64,000 nucleotides of DNA from positions 1 through 64,000 of the forward strand of contig CAZFHY010000009.1 of assembly GCA_964519305.1 (NCBI GenBank), written 5' to 3'. Below are positions 20,665-30,737 of this stretch, one piece after another. A model generated the notes under the pieces. That model saw only the letters and a list, made by a program, of their open reading frames with translations, ran no database searches and was not told where the DNA came from. Within the stretch, counting starts at the first letter, position 1; every line of letters begins with the position of its first letter. The DNA is from Candidatus Undinarchaeota archaeon (lineage in GTDB: Archaea; SpSt-1190; JASMDC01). A program made the translations under genes and the position numbers.

Positions 20665-22487
20665 TGACACGACGTGGTCAGATGAACCTCATGGCTCTGG
20701 CGGCCATCGCCATCGTCGTCATCGCCGTCCTCTACCTGATCCTCTCGGGAGAGCAGAAGACTCGCGAGCTCAATATCCAGGAGATCGAGTCCGTCGAGGT
20801 CAAGGACGAGCTGGTGAAGCTCGAGAGCTCGGTAGAAGCGCTCTTCATCGACTCGATCTACGAATCTGTGGACGAGATGGGACGTCATGGGGGGTATACA
20901 GCGGAGAACGCACCGTTGCTCAACCATCTGGGCATCCCCCACTGGTACTACCGCGGACGCACCGTGAGCATCCCGACTGCCAAGGTTATGGAGGATATGC
21001 TCGTTGACGAGATCGAGCGTCGCCTTGGTAAGAAGCTCGACGTCCTCCGCTCTCAGGTCAGGACCGACCTGTTCGCTATCGGGTACCCCGAAGCGAAGGT
21101 CAAGCTGCATGACCATGCCGTGGAGACCGAGGTGTCCGTCCCCATCGGTCTGGTGGCCGACGAGCGCGAGGCGCGCACATCGGTCACGTACTCCAATCAG
21201 CTCCCATTGCGGATCAAGTACCTGCGCGACCTGGCCGAGCAGTACATCCAGAACTACACTGAGGAACGGATGATGGAGAAGGCCTTGCTCAACGGCGTCA
21301 TCCAGGACCAGCGGCTCCCCACGCCGCCTGGGATGATCTCGCGCAACGTGGACTGCGACAGCCAGACCGTGTACGCCTACCGCAAGCAGATAATCTCGCC
21401 CATGCGCGAGAACGCCCAGCTCTCCGTGGCCCGGGAGCTCAAGCGGGTCAAGGAGCTGTTCCGTAGCGAGCAGTACGTCGAATGGGCGGCCGACCTGAAC
21501 GTCAGGGACGTCAACTTCACGTTCATCGCCAACAAGGACGCCGATTACCTGGACAAGACATGGGAGAGCACGGAAGTGATCTATTACGTGCCCTTCGAGA
21601 TGCCACTGATGGACCGGCGTGCAGAACCACGGCTGTGCCCATCCCGGTACACTGTATCGTACTCCGCCCAGTTCCCGGTACGATGGACGCTCCGCGATAT
21701 CCACGAGAGCTCTTTCATCATCGGCGGCGAAGGTTCAGAGGGCAGCCGGCCGTTGGAGTTCAGGTTCTATATACAGCCGCTGCTGGTCGGCGAGCAGACC
21801 AACGCCACCGACGAGAGCGTGATGGATCCCGCTACCGTCGACGACCTGTGTCGAGGCGCCTGCGATGTGGACATCACCGTGAAGAACTCCAATGCGGGGA
21901 CCATCTATATCGGCGCATGCTCCTACCCCTACACGGACAGCCATCTCAAGCAGGCAGGGGTCCCATGCAAGGTCCAGGACCTTATCGTTGTGTCCGATGA
22001 TCCGGTAGGGCTCTCCAAGCATGTCGACAAGGTGAAGATCGACCGCCAGTTCGGCACCACCATCTCGCTCAAGGACTACGCGGTGTTGACCGGGAAGGTG
22101 TTCATGAAGAAGCGGATATACTGCACCAATTCCGGTAAGATCGTGGAGATGGGCGAGGAAACGCTAGGTCACATCGACGGCAATCCCCCCCGATACGTCA
22201 CCATCCTGTTCAAGCCGGTGCACGACGATCTCGGACCCATCGTGAAGGTAGGAGTGGACCGCGATGGTAAGTACACCACACCCCAGCTCAATCCTGGACG
22301 GTACATCGTCCTCGCCGTTCCTTCCGAGGACGATCTCGGTCGCCCACAGTACAAGGTCTCGGCCAAGGTCCTCATTATCGATGTCGAGACATCCACTACA
22401 CTTGACATCGAGATGAACCCGCTCCTCATCGAGAAGGTCGGCGGTAAGATAGAGCACGTCAGCGCCCGCTCTGAGTGCACGGGATGA
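20664..22487 (+). CDS. Large pilin-like exported protein with class III signal peptide
   Basis: N-terminus MTRRGQ-MNLMALAAIAIVVIAVLYLIL fits the archaeal prepilin consensus. TGATG stop/start overlap with the upstream gene. Confidence 0.72.
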   Translation: MTRRGQMNLMALAAIAIVVIAVLYLILSGEQKTRELNIQEIESVEVKDELVKLESSVEALFIDSIYESVDEMGRHGGYTAENAPLLNHLGIPHWYYRGRTVSIPTAKVMEDMLVDEIERRLGKKLDVLRSQVRTDLFAIGYPEAKVKLHDHAVETEVSVPIGLVADEREARTSVTYSNQLPLRIKYLRDLAEQYIQNYTEERMMEKALLNGVIQDQRLPTPPGMISRNVDCDSQTVYAYRKQIISPMRENAQLSVARELKRVKELFRSEQYVEWAADLNVRDVNFTFIANKDADYLDKTWESTEVIYYVPFEMPLMDRRAEPRLCPSRYTVSYSAQFPVRWTLRDIHESSFIIGGEGSEGSRPLEFRFYIQPLLVGEQTNATDESVMDPATVDDLCRGACDVDITVKNSNAGTIYIGACSYPYTDSHLKQAGVPCKVQDLIVVSDDPVGLSKHVDKVKIDRQFGTTISLKDYAVLTGKVFMKKRIYCTNSGKIVEMGEETLGHIDGNPPRYVTILFKPVHDDLGPIVKVGVDRDGKYTTPQLNPGRYIVLAVPSEDDLGRPQYKVSAKVLIIDVETSTTLDIEMNPLLIEKVGGKIEHVSARSECTG

Positions 22488-23467
22488 TGCCCATGGGTCG
22501 GTACGCGGCGTGGCGTACGCTGGGCATCCTCGCAATCATCCTTTCTCTGGTAGTCATCGCCGGGGCCGGCCTGCCCCCCTCGCTCGATTATCGCTCCTAT
22601 GAGCTTTCGCTCTATGTGCGAGCTGACGGGACCTGCCAGGAGCAGATCGATGCCACCTTCATTAACAACGGCACCGAACCGCTGGAGAAGGTGTCGTTCA
22701 CCGTGGGCAAGGATATCGCGAACCTCACCGTGACCGCCTCCCGGCCAGTTAGCGTCACCGAGCGCGATGCGAGCTGGGCGCGGATCATCATCATCGCGTT
22801 CGACGATCCCGTATCGCCGGGAGAACAGGCCTCGTACACGATCAGGTTCGACACCTCCCAGTTCACACGGATCGTTGGCGACGAGCTGGAGGTGCGCACC
22901 ACCTACAAGGCCGCATGGCCCATCGCGGACTTCAGAGCACGGGTCGATCTCCCTCCCGGGTACGTCCTTCCCATAGCAGAGAACGTCACTCAGGTGGCAT
23001 CGGTGGTCGTACCGGCCGCACGGCTCGAGACCGATGGCAAGCATCTCATCCTCCACTGGGACCAGGGTCCCCTCGACAAGGAAGAGACCATGGACCTCTT
23101 CGTGCGTGCCAAACGACCCCCTGCACCGGTCAGCGGGAACACCGCTGATGGTGTATCCATCCTCGTTGCCGGTATCATCGCGGGCGCCTTCGGTTATGCT
23201 CTGCTCGTCCACCTTCAAGCAAGACCATCGGTCCTCTCCGGGTTCTCCCTTGACGAGCGTATCGTCGTCTGTGAGCTGGCCAAGCACGAGGCCCCCATGA
23301 ACCAGAACGATCTGTGCAGGGCTCTCGGGTTCTCCAAGTCCAAGCTCTCGCGGCTCCTGAGCGACCTCGAGGATAAGGACGCGCTCACCAAGGAGCGAGT
23401 GGGGGCGGTCAATCGGGTGACCCTCGACCGGACGCTCAAGGGGGCGTGCCGGAGGGAATCGGGATGA
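22484..23467 (+). CDS. Membrane-anchored protein: extracellular beta domain, TM helix, C-terminal winged HTH (COG2512-like)
   Basis: Signal/TM at the N-terminus, TM near aa 230-250, then QNDLCRALGFSKSKLSRLLSDLEDKDALTKERVG (MarR-type wHTH). Confidence 0.78.
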   Translation: MMPMGRYAAWRTLGILAIILSLVVIAGAGLPPSLDYRSYELSLYVRADGTCQEQIDATFINNGTEPLEKVSFTVGKDIANLTVTASRPVSVTERDASWARIIIIAFDDPVSPGEQASYTIRFDTSQFTRIVGDELEVRTTYKAAWPIADFRARVDLPPGYVLPIAENVTQVASVVVPAARLETDGKHLILHWDQGPLDKEETMDLFVRAKRPPAPVSGNTADGVSILVAGIIAGAFGYALLVHLQARPSVLSGFSLDERIVVCELAKHEAPMNQNDLCRALGFSKSKLSRLLSDLEDKDALTKERVGAVNRVTLDRTLKGACRRESG

Positions 23468-26187
23468 GCTACCGGACGACAGTCCTCCTCCTGTGCATTC
23501 TGTTGTCTCTGGGTACCGCGGTCAACGATATCGTCGAGGAGGTGGACGCGACCTCCCTGGGCCTGCTGACGACCACGGTGCGGTACTCGCTATCCCCCGA
23601 CCAGGTCCGAGGGCTCACCGAGGCCGATCTCCGGACACGCTGCGCGACCCTATCTGGTGCTCTTGAGTGCACGGCCTCTTTGGAGAGCACCGCTGTCGTG
23701 TTCTCCGTCCTGTCGTACCCACAGCTGGAAGTGCGCTCTCTGGACATCGGTGAGAACGAGGTGACGGCCGACCTCCTGTTGGATTACACTCCTCTACAGT
23801 TCGTCCTTTGCGATGGCCTGCGCGCGGGGCCGCGTTCGCTCTCGATCCGATATCCGAGCCATAGAACAACGTTCAGCAGCGTGCGGGGTATCGCCTATCG
23901 TACATCATTCGCCACCCGCCTCGAGCGTCGACCTCTCGGGGTCGGCCTGCATAAGACCGAGTACACCCTCGGCGAGCCCATCCCTCTCCCCCGACTTGGA
24001 GGAAGGCTCTGTGCGGCCCACGTGGACATGGTAGAGGGCGAGGGGGCCCTGACCACATACAGGTGTTCGAACCACACGCTGACCCTCCCTCCAGAGCTCC
24101 AGCCCGGCACACACACACTGACGATCACGCGCCTGGAATCCAATACCGCCTACGTCGCCAAGTTCTCCACTCGGTTCCGCGCGGCCGAGCTCGACCTTGC
24201 CCTGAGGCTCAAGGATGACCGTGCTGCCCTGGGTGAGCCGATCAACCTGACCGTGACGTCCTCCGAGGAGCTCACAGGGTGCTCTGTCCACATCCTCGAC
24301 CGGCATGGTGTGTCGGTCGATGCCGTGACCTACGCGGCATGCGACACCGTGATGCTCGGCACGCAACCCTCCTGGGAGCCTGGTGAGTACGTGGTCCGGC
24401 TCCGCGGGTTCGCCGGACGCGTCTCCGGTGTGGCCTCGATACGTGTCGTGCTCGAGGACACCGGGCTCAAGGATGCCGAGCTCGCTCTGGAGAAGCAGAC
24501 ATACGAGCCTGGTGAGGACATCAAGCCCGCGATCGATGTCCCGGGCGCGACGGGCAAGGAGCGCACCGTCACGGACCTTGTGGACACCTCGGGCGAGAGC
24601 ATCGACAGCCAGGAAGTGGACGGTCTCGATGGAACGGTCATCCCCATCACACCGGACACTCCGCCAGGTGATTACGTTATCAGGACCAAGGTGTACGATG
24701 ATGAGGGTGTGGTCGCCGTGGCCTCCCGGGCGATCCACGTGACAGAATGGCAACCCGCATCACGCAGGTCAGCGCTCTGCCCGCGGGGCAGCCTCTCCGT
24801 GGATGACGCCTCCATCGCATGCATCGCTGAGGGCAACGTGTGCGTACCGACATCGAGCGATGTCCCCGTATGCCTCTGCTTCAACGAGGAGGGGGATCCC
24901 GCACACGTATGCTCGTTCGGCCAGCGGTGCGCTGCGGACGGGTGTGCGGGCGGACCCGAATCACCCTACACCATCGTGTTCGAGCAGTCCAGGTGTCGTG
25001 CCAGACGAGGCATAACTACGCTCCCCTGCATCGGCCAGGGCGAGGTATGCTTCGGCAACTGTGTTTGCCTTGATGAGAACAACGTCCCGCTCTCGCCATG
25101 CAACACCGGAGACGTATGCACTCCCTCGGGCTGCGAGGACGCCGGTATCGTGCTCCGGCTCGACGCCATGACACCAGGCTATACTGGAGTTGACGAACTC
25201 GAGGACGGTATCAAGGTCACCTGGACCGGTTTCCTGAAGCGTGGTGACCGGTTCCTGGGAAGTATGGCCACACGCGACATCAATATCACGGCCAAGCTCG
25301 GCTCCCTCAAGGCCGAAGAGACCGGTTTCGAACACGTGTCTCTTGACAAGGGCTGGCTGTTCTGGGCAAGGTTCGCCGGCTCGATCCCTCCCGGTCACTC
25401 CACCCTTTTCCTCATCATAAGATACGAGAACGACACGGTCCACGTGGTCCGTCGGCCTTTCGCACTGCACTTCCCGGCCGACGAGCGCGGTCTGAACGTG
25501 TCAATTGACGTGCTCACGCCCCAGATGGTCAGCCTGGAGAGCTTGCGCATCGGTACCGCGGTCCGGGTGACCGCTGAAGTGCGGGATGACATGGGAGAGC
25601 CCGTCATGGACCTCGCCACCGAGGAGTTCACCCTCACTCTGGGAGCAGTCAAGGCGCGCTCCCTCTCTGCCCAGTTCGAGCCCGCGAGCAAACGTTGGCG
25701 CGTTGTGGGCACTCTTGAAGGCAAGGTCGCCGCGGATAAGCTCAGCCTCGAGATCGACTCGCTCGGCCGCAAGGCTTCAGCGTCGAGCCCACTCTCGGTC
25801 GTCGAGCATCTGCCGCTGACGTTGGAGATGAGCCGCATCAGGCCGGGCACTGGTGATAATCCGCTTTATTCCATCCTCCTGGGCATCGGGTTCAACATGG
25901 ACATCCATCTCGACCTAGAGGGGGCCGATCTGGTGAGGGAGGAGGACTTCAAGGTGAGCATCGGCGAGCGGGACGTGACGTCGTCGCTGGCGTACATCAT
26001 GTCGACACCCTCCGGTGTTCGGCTCCACCTGTCCCGTGTGAAGCTCTGTCCTGACGCACCAAGACCTGGTGATCCTGTACCGGTCGAAGTGTCAGTGACG
26101 TCAGATGGCGTAACGGTCAGGGACCGTATCTACATCACCGTCCAGGGGAATCCCGGCGCGTGGTCTGATACCGCCAGCGTGTGCTAG
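23464..26187 (+). CDS. Secreted Ig-like/Cys-rich surface protein, paralogue B
   Basis: Colinear with 17899..20664 (GTQPSWEPGEY vs GTQTAWTPGKY; CLCFNEEGD vs CLCFDDPGD; VKLCPD; GNPGAW...C). Confidence 0.8.
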   Translation: MSYRTTVLLLCILLSLGTAVNDIVEEVDATSLGLLTTTVRYSLSPDQVRGLTEADLRTRCATLSGALECTASLESTAVVFSVLSYPQLEVRSLDIGENEVTADLLLDYTPLQFVLCDGLRAGPRSLSIRYPSHRTTFSSVRGIAYRTSFATRLERRPLGVGLHKTEYTLGEPIPLPRLGGRLCAAHVDMVEGEGALTTYRCSNHTLTLPPELQPGTHTLTITRLESNTAYVAKFSTRFRAAELDLALRLKDDRAALGEPINLTVTSSEELTGCSVHILDRHGVSVDAVTYAACDTVMLGTQPSWEPGEYVVRLRGFAGRVSGVASIRVVLEDTGLKDAELALEKQTYEPGEDIKPAIDVPGATGKERTVTDLVDTSGESIDSQEVDGLDGTVIPITPDTPPGDYVIRTKVYDDEGVVAVASRAIHVTEWQPASRRSALCPRGSLSVDDASIACIAEGNVCVPTSSDVPVCLCFNEEGDPAHVCSFGQRCAADGCAGGPESPYTIVFEQSRCRARRGITTLPCIGQGEVCFGNCVCLDENNVPLSPCNTGDVCTPSGCEDAGIVLRLDAMTPGYTGVDELEDGIKVTWTGFLKRGDRFLGSMATRDINITAKLGSLKAEETGFEHVSLDKGWLFWARFAGSIPPGHSTLFLIIRYENDTVHVVRRPFALHFPADERGLNVSIDVLTPQMVSLESLRIGTAVRVTAEVRDDMGEPVMDLATEEFTLTLGAVKARSLSAQFEPASKRWRVVGTLEGKVAADKLSLEIDSLGRKASASSPLSVVEHLPLTLEMSRIRPGTGDNPLYSILLGIGFNMDIHLDLEGADLVREEDFKVSIGERDVTSSLAYIMSTPSGVRLHLSRVKLCPDAPRPGDPVPVEVSVTSDGVTVRDRIYITVQGNPGAWSDTASVC

Positions 26188-26213
26188 TTGGACTACCGGG
26201 CGTCAATGCCCTT

Positions 26214-26250
26214 GATAAGGAAGTGCGGGGCGGCCGCGAGGACCGCCCCG
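26214..26250 (-). terminator. GC hairpin plus pyrimidine tract downstream of 26267..27031
   Basis: Minus strand CGGGGCGGTCC-TCGC-GGCCGCCCCG-CACTTCCTTATC. Confidence 0.55.
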
Positions 26251-26266
26251 GTAATCTGTCGTTCGC

Positions 26267-27031
26267 TCACTCGTCACGGGGGCCGAATATGGCTTCCATG
26301 ACGTTGATCTGCTGCTCCTTGTGCGAGCGCATATCTTCGAGCTTGGCCTCCTGACGGCCCTTGTACCACTTGCCGAACAGGGGGACCTTGCCGAAGAAGT
26401 CATTATCGATCTTCTCCTGGCGCGAGCTCACGTCCGATTCGAGCTTCCCTCGCATCTCACCGTACAGCTCGCCGCTGTCTAGGCCGAAGACCTCCGCGGT
26501 GTTCCCATGGCGGTCGACATAGCCGTCGAAGGAGTCGATCAGTTCGTAGGCAACGGCGGCAGCGCCGGCGCTGTCCACGGCGACCTTCACGCCGCTCAGG
26601 TCCTCGATACCGTCGATGTTCTCAGTGAGCTTATCCCGAGGGCTGCCGTACTCGGCATCGATGGAGTACTTCTCAGTCAACCGGGTCCAGTAGGGGCCGG
26701 TGTTCTCGCTCTCCAGCGTCTCGGTCTTCACGAGATCATAGGCTACGTGGCGGTAGCCGATGATCATTTGCGAGTCGAACTTGGCATGGATACCCTCTTC
26801 CTTGCAGGTCCTCTTGATCCCCATGGCCTTCCCATCGAACTCCTCCTTCATGGGGCCCTTCACAGGGAATGTGAAACCCCTCGCGGTGTCGTAGGTCCCG
26901 ACACCCTCGTAGTGGTTCTCCAGGCCAGCCTCGCTGGCCACGGCCTCGCCGACAGCGCCCAACACGTTATACGTGCCACCGCTTACATCGAACTCGTAGG
27001 GCATTAGAATATCTTCAGCTTCACCGATCAT
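26267..27031 (-). CDS. Hypothetical protein
   Basis: 254-aa ORF with coding-like codon usage. TATATTAA box and AGGTGA SD upstream. Confidence 0.75.
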   Translation of the reverse strand: MIGEAEDILMPYEFDVSGGTYNVLGAVGEAVASEAGLENHYEGVGTYDTARGFTFPVKGPMKEEFDGKAMGIKRTCKEEGIHAKFDSQMIIGYRHVAYDLVKTETLESENTGPYWTRLTEKYSIDAEYGSPRDKLTENIDGIEDLSGVKVAVDSAGAAAVAYELIDSFDGYVDRHGNTAEVFGLDSGELYGEMRGKLESDVSSRQEKIDNDFFGKVPLFGKWYKGRQEAKLEDMRSHKEQQINVMEAIFGPRDE

Positions 27032-27201
27032 ACATCGTCACCTAGTTCCCGAGGGCCTATTAAGGGTTAATATAGGTACCCTTTGGGTCCGAACGTGCGA
27101 CAGTATGGCATCACGCCGTACCCGTTATCCACTGCTACCTCACTGGAGAGTGACACCCCCATAGAAAGGTTTATAATCCGGGGACCTCGCTGCGGACACT
27201 C

Positions 27202-29523
27202 ATGGTCCTAGGTGCCGATGGGGTGGATCGCCATAAATTACGCGAATACACCCAGAACGAGAAAGCTCAAGCCTTCCTTGCAGAGGCCGAGGAGCTGGGG
27301 AGGGACATCGTGTCCCAGGCCCGGACCTCAGAGCGTCTTCTCGTCGTGCACCACTCGTCGGACGTGGACGGTCGGACATCCGGTGTCATCGCTGAGGAGA
27401 TCGGCAACATGCTGGGCCTCGAGGTGGAGACGCTGGGCGTTCCGCAGCTCAGCAACACCGAGATCTCCAAGCTGAGCGAGACCATCGACGAGTACCATCC
27501 CGACATGATCCTCTTCACTGACATCGGTTCAGGATACAAGCGGCTCTTGGACGAGGCCGAGGTCGACAACTGCGGCGCGGACGTGTACATCTTCGATCAC
27601 CACCCGCCCATGGGACCCGACAGCACCTTCAAGGAGCTGAACCCTGCCAACTTCGGTATGGACGGCGGCGAGTCCTGCAGCGGGGCGACAATCGCATACT
27701 CCGTTGCTGAGTCGGTGTACGACGCGCTCCCCGCCCGCAAGCAGAGCGCGTACAAGAAGGACCTTGAGGAACGCAACATCAAGGTCGGCGACCCGAACGA
27801 GCCGGTGATGAGCGTGCTGGGACCGGCGGCCATGATCGGAGCGCGCGTGGACGGCACCAGTCCCAACGGCGAGGTGAACGCCGCTGTGTTCCAGAAGGCC
27901 ACCGAGGAGCAACTCGTGACGCCCATATCCTGGCCATTCTATGGATTCCACCGTCGCAATATCGTCACATCCCTGGCTGGCAGCGACCGGCCCGTCCTCG
28001 AAGGTATCTCCGGGGACGATAAGGGCGCACGCGCGTTCGCCAAGGAGCTGGGGCTACACACCACCTACACACCCGCGCGTATGAGCAAGGGTGAGCGGGA
28101 CCTTGTGCTCGGCTCCATCTCCGAACTCATCGAGCAGTCCGGCGCTTCCAAGGCGTTCCAGAAGTACCAGCAGTCACAGCTCTTCGATCGCTCGTACGTG
28201 CTCGGCGAGTTCGAGGGTACAGAGATCGGCACGCTGGGCGAGTTCGGTTCCATGCTCACTGCCTGCACCAAGTTCGGCGCCACGCCCGAGGAGAAGGAGG
28301 CCAACCGCGAGCTGGCCAAGAAGGTGCTCCTGGGCGAGCGCGGCGAGACCTTGGAGAAGGCCGACGAGGTCTGGCACAGCTACCGCAGGATCCTTCGGGA
28401 CGGTCTGGTGAAGACCTTCGGCAAGATCAAATTCGACGCATTCCACAAGGACGAGGTCGAGCTCAAGGACGGCGAGAACCACTTCGTATCCTCGACCTTC
28501 TATTACAAGGGCGCCGACCCGTCCACCATGGGCGTCATGGCCTCCATGGCCCTGGGGACCGCGAACTTCAAGGAGGACGCTTTCCGCAAGCTCCCCATTA
28601 TCGCCTATACCTATGTCAAGGGCGCCACCGACGAGGAGTCGTTCTTCAAGTTCTCCGGACGCTCGTTCGACTACCTCACGGGCGCGGGGCTCGACATCGG
28701 CGAGGCCATGAACAAGGCGGCCGAATCCGTGGGCGGTATCGGTGGAGGCCACGCTGTCGCTGCGGGTGCCAGCATACCTCGTGCGGGATGGAAGGACTTC
28801 CTGACCGAGCTGAACCAGACCATCGGCGAGCAGCTGGAGGATTACATCCTCAACGGCTACAAGCTCCTGCCCAAGCACGAGGAGGCTCTCCTCAAGGACA
28901 CGGAGTTCGATCGGAGGATGCCCAGCTTCTTCCAGACGTCCGGTGCCTGGAGCCAGACCCTGACCAAGGGCAACGTCGCTTACGCTCTCGAGACATCCAA
29001 CGGTACGCAGCTTGGGGCCAAGAAGGGCATGTACCAGCTCCTTGCCACCAGGGACGAGGGCCATGTGGAGCACCACTTCACCGCCTACAACACGTTCCGA
29101 GATCCGGTCATGGTGAGCGCCAAGGGCCAGTTCGATGCCAAGGCCGACTATACCGGCTGGGCCGAGAACATCGGAGAGGACGGCAGATCAGGCGTGGAGG
29201 CCACTATCGAGCAGAGCGTCTACAACTCTCTCGAAACGAAGGGGTACAAGATCGAGCGTGACGGCACCTCGACGAAGCTCGTGTCCCCCGGCCAGAACAA
29301 GTACGTCCTGGACACCCAGCTCTCCGAAGGCTACTGTCGCGTCAACCTCGACCAGCTGCAGACCGATGAGAAGCAGCTCACTCAGGACGTCGCCGTCATG
29401 ATGCGGGAGGTTCGCGACTCGTACCGGTCGGCCGTGAAGGACGCCTACAACGGTCCGCTCTTCGCTTCCTACCAGCTGGAAGCGCTGGACACGCCCGGTG
29501 ACGCGCCCCAGGTAGAGGCATAG
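27202..29523 (+). CDS. RecJ/Cdc45 (GAN/HAN-like) DHH-family nuclease with ~220-aa C-terminal extension
   Basis: Motifs HHSSDVDG, TDIGSG, IFDHH, ESCSGA and the DHHA1 motif GGGHAVAAGA. TTTATAA promoter upstream. Confidence 0.8.
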   Translation: MVLGADGVDRHKLREYTQNEKAQAFLAEAEELGRDIVSQARTSERLLVVHHSSDVDGRTSGVIAEEIGNMLGLEVETLGVPQLSNTEISKLSETIDEYHPDMILFTDIGSGYKRLLDEAEVDNCGADVYIFDHHPPMGPDSTFKELNPANFGMDGGESCSGATIAYSVAESVYDALPARKQSAYKKDLEERNIKVGDPNEPVMSVLGPAAMIGARVDGTSPNGEVNAAVFQKATEEQLVTPISWPFYGFHRRNIVTSLAGSDRPVLEGISGDDKGARAFAKELGLHTTYTPARMSKGERDLVLGSISELIEQSGASKAFQKYQQSQLFDRSYVLGEFEGTEIGTLGEFGSMLTACTKFGATPEEKEANRELAKKVLLGERGETLEKADEVWHSYRRILRDGLVKTFGKIKFDAFHKDEVELKDGENHFVSSTFYYKGADPSTMGVMASMALGTANFKEDAFRKLPIIAYTYVKGATDEESFFKFSGRSFDYLTGAGLDIGEAMNKAAESVGGIGGGHAVAAGASIPRAGWKDFLTELNQTIGEQLEDYILNGYKLLPKHEEALLKDTEFDRRMPSFFQTSGAWSQTLTKGNVAYALETSNGTQLGAKKGMYQLLATRDEGHVEHHFTAYNTFRDPVMVSAKGQFDAKADYTGWAENIGEDGRSGVEATIEQSVYNSLETKGYKIERDGTSTKLVSPGQNKYVLDTQLSEGYCRVNLDQLQTDEKQLTQDVAVMMREVRDSYRSAVKDAYNGPLFASYQLEALDTPGDAPQVEA

Positions 29524-29536
29524 ACGAGCTTTCGTC

Positions 29537-30733
29537 CTATCCCAGCGGGCAGCCGCCGGTCCGTCCGTGGGGCCGACACAAACGTAGCATGCACATAGCC
29601 ATCACTGCCGCTCCGCGGGCCAGGCCGTCGTCCACGATAGTTATGTCCGGGACACGCTCACGCAGGAGCTCTGGTTTGGCACCGGTCGTGGCCCCGCGGC
29701 CCGTGATCCCGATACCATCGGGCACGGTCATACCCGACTCTTTCACAGCGGTGAGCAATCCGTCGAACAACCGCACAGATAGTCCGTCGAGCACGCACGA
29801 GAGATGGCCAGGAGCAACATCTCGGCAAGCGGCCGTTATCGCGTCAAGGTCGGCATCGCATCCGATGACCGTCACCCCTGCACGCGAGGCGGCAGCAGGA
29901 TCGACGGGGACGGTCCCAACGCGGTCTCCTGTGCGCACGGGGCCGATATCCACCAGTTCCATGATGCCTTCCGAGTGTCTGTCCGTCCGTCCCGGACGCA
30001 CCGGGACGTCCATCGCTGAAGTGAACCCGCACCCCAGAGCCACGGCGTCGAGGATGCCGCCCGCAAGGCCTGCAAAGGTGGCCACGGTCCTGCGTTCATC
30101 ATCGATAAGACGACCGGCCAGGGTCGTACCGAAGTCCAGGGCAAGGTAGGGATTGCGGAACGGGCCTCCGTTCGCCCGGGCATGGTCTTTAAGCCCCGCG
30201 GTCACAAGCTCTCCCTCCATCTCGTTGGCGGCCACGGGCTCTCCCGGTGGGAGCGTGCCAGCGACCGTTCCTGTGAAGGTCGAGCTGTCGATGATGGAGT
30301 GAGAGCGGAGCCGGGGTGCGAGGTTCTCGGCAGAGAGCGGCGCGATCATCTGACGCGGTTCGACACCTGCGGCAAGGCATGCATCGGCCATGGCCTTGAT
30401 CAGGGTTCCCACCTCATCGGGCGAGGAGAATCCTGCGGTAACGCCCGTCGACCTCACGACGAAGTCCAGGTCACGTGCTGAGAGCCGGGCCTGGAGCAGC
30501 GATGTGTTGATCGAGCGGCGAATAATGTCCTTCACTCCGTCCTCGGTGATAGCGTACCCCCATACGGTACGGGCGAAGCCTTCCTTGGCCGCGATTGACC
30601 GGGTCCGGTCCACGTGCCGGGCCGCCACGCGGGAGGTACCGTTATCAAGGTCCGTCTCCACGAGGATACATTTGGTCGTCGTGTTCCCCAGCTCCACCGA
30701 GAGCACACGCAGGGGCTTGGAGGAGAGGGCCAT
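29537..30733 (-). CDS. Methanogenesis marker protein 14 (DUF2114-like), actin/ASKHA-fold
   Basis: SVELGNTTTKCIL, DFVVRSTGVTAGFSSPDEVG, ANEMEGELVTAGLK, FRNP..ALDFGTTLAGR, GLAGG, VDDGLARGAAVMA.C. Lies directly downstream of mtrH, as in methanogens. Confidence 0.82.
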   Translation of the reverse strand: MALSSKPLRVLSVELGNTTTKCILVETDLDNGTSRVAARHVDRTRSIAAKEGFARTVWGYAITEDGVKDIIRRSINTSLLQARLSARDLDFVVRSTGVTAGFSSPDEVGTLIKAMADACLAAGVEPRQMIAPLSAENLAPRLRSHSIIDSSTFTGTVAGTLPPGEPVAANEMEGELVTAGLKDHARANGGPFRNPYLALDFGTTLAGRLIDDERRTVATFAGLAGGILDAVALGCGFTSAMDVPVRPGRTDRHSEGIMELVDIGPVRTGDRVGTVPVDPAAASRAGVTVIGCDADLDAITAACRDVAPGHLSCVLDGLSVRLFDGLLTAVKESGMTVPDGIGITGRGATTGAKPELLRERVPDITIVDDGLARGAAVMAMCMLRLCRPHGRTGGCPLG

Positions 30734-30737
30734 GAAG

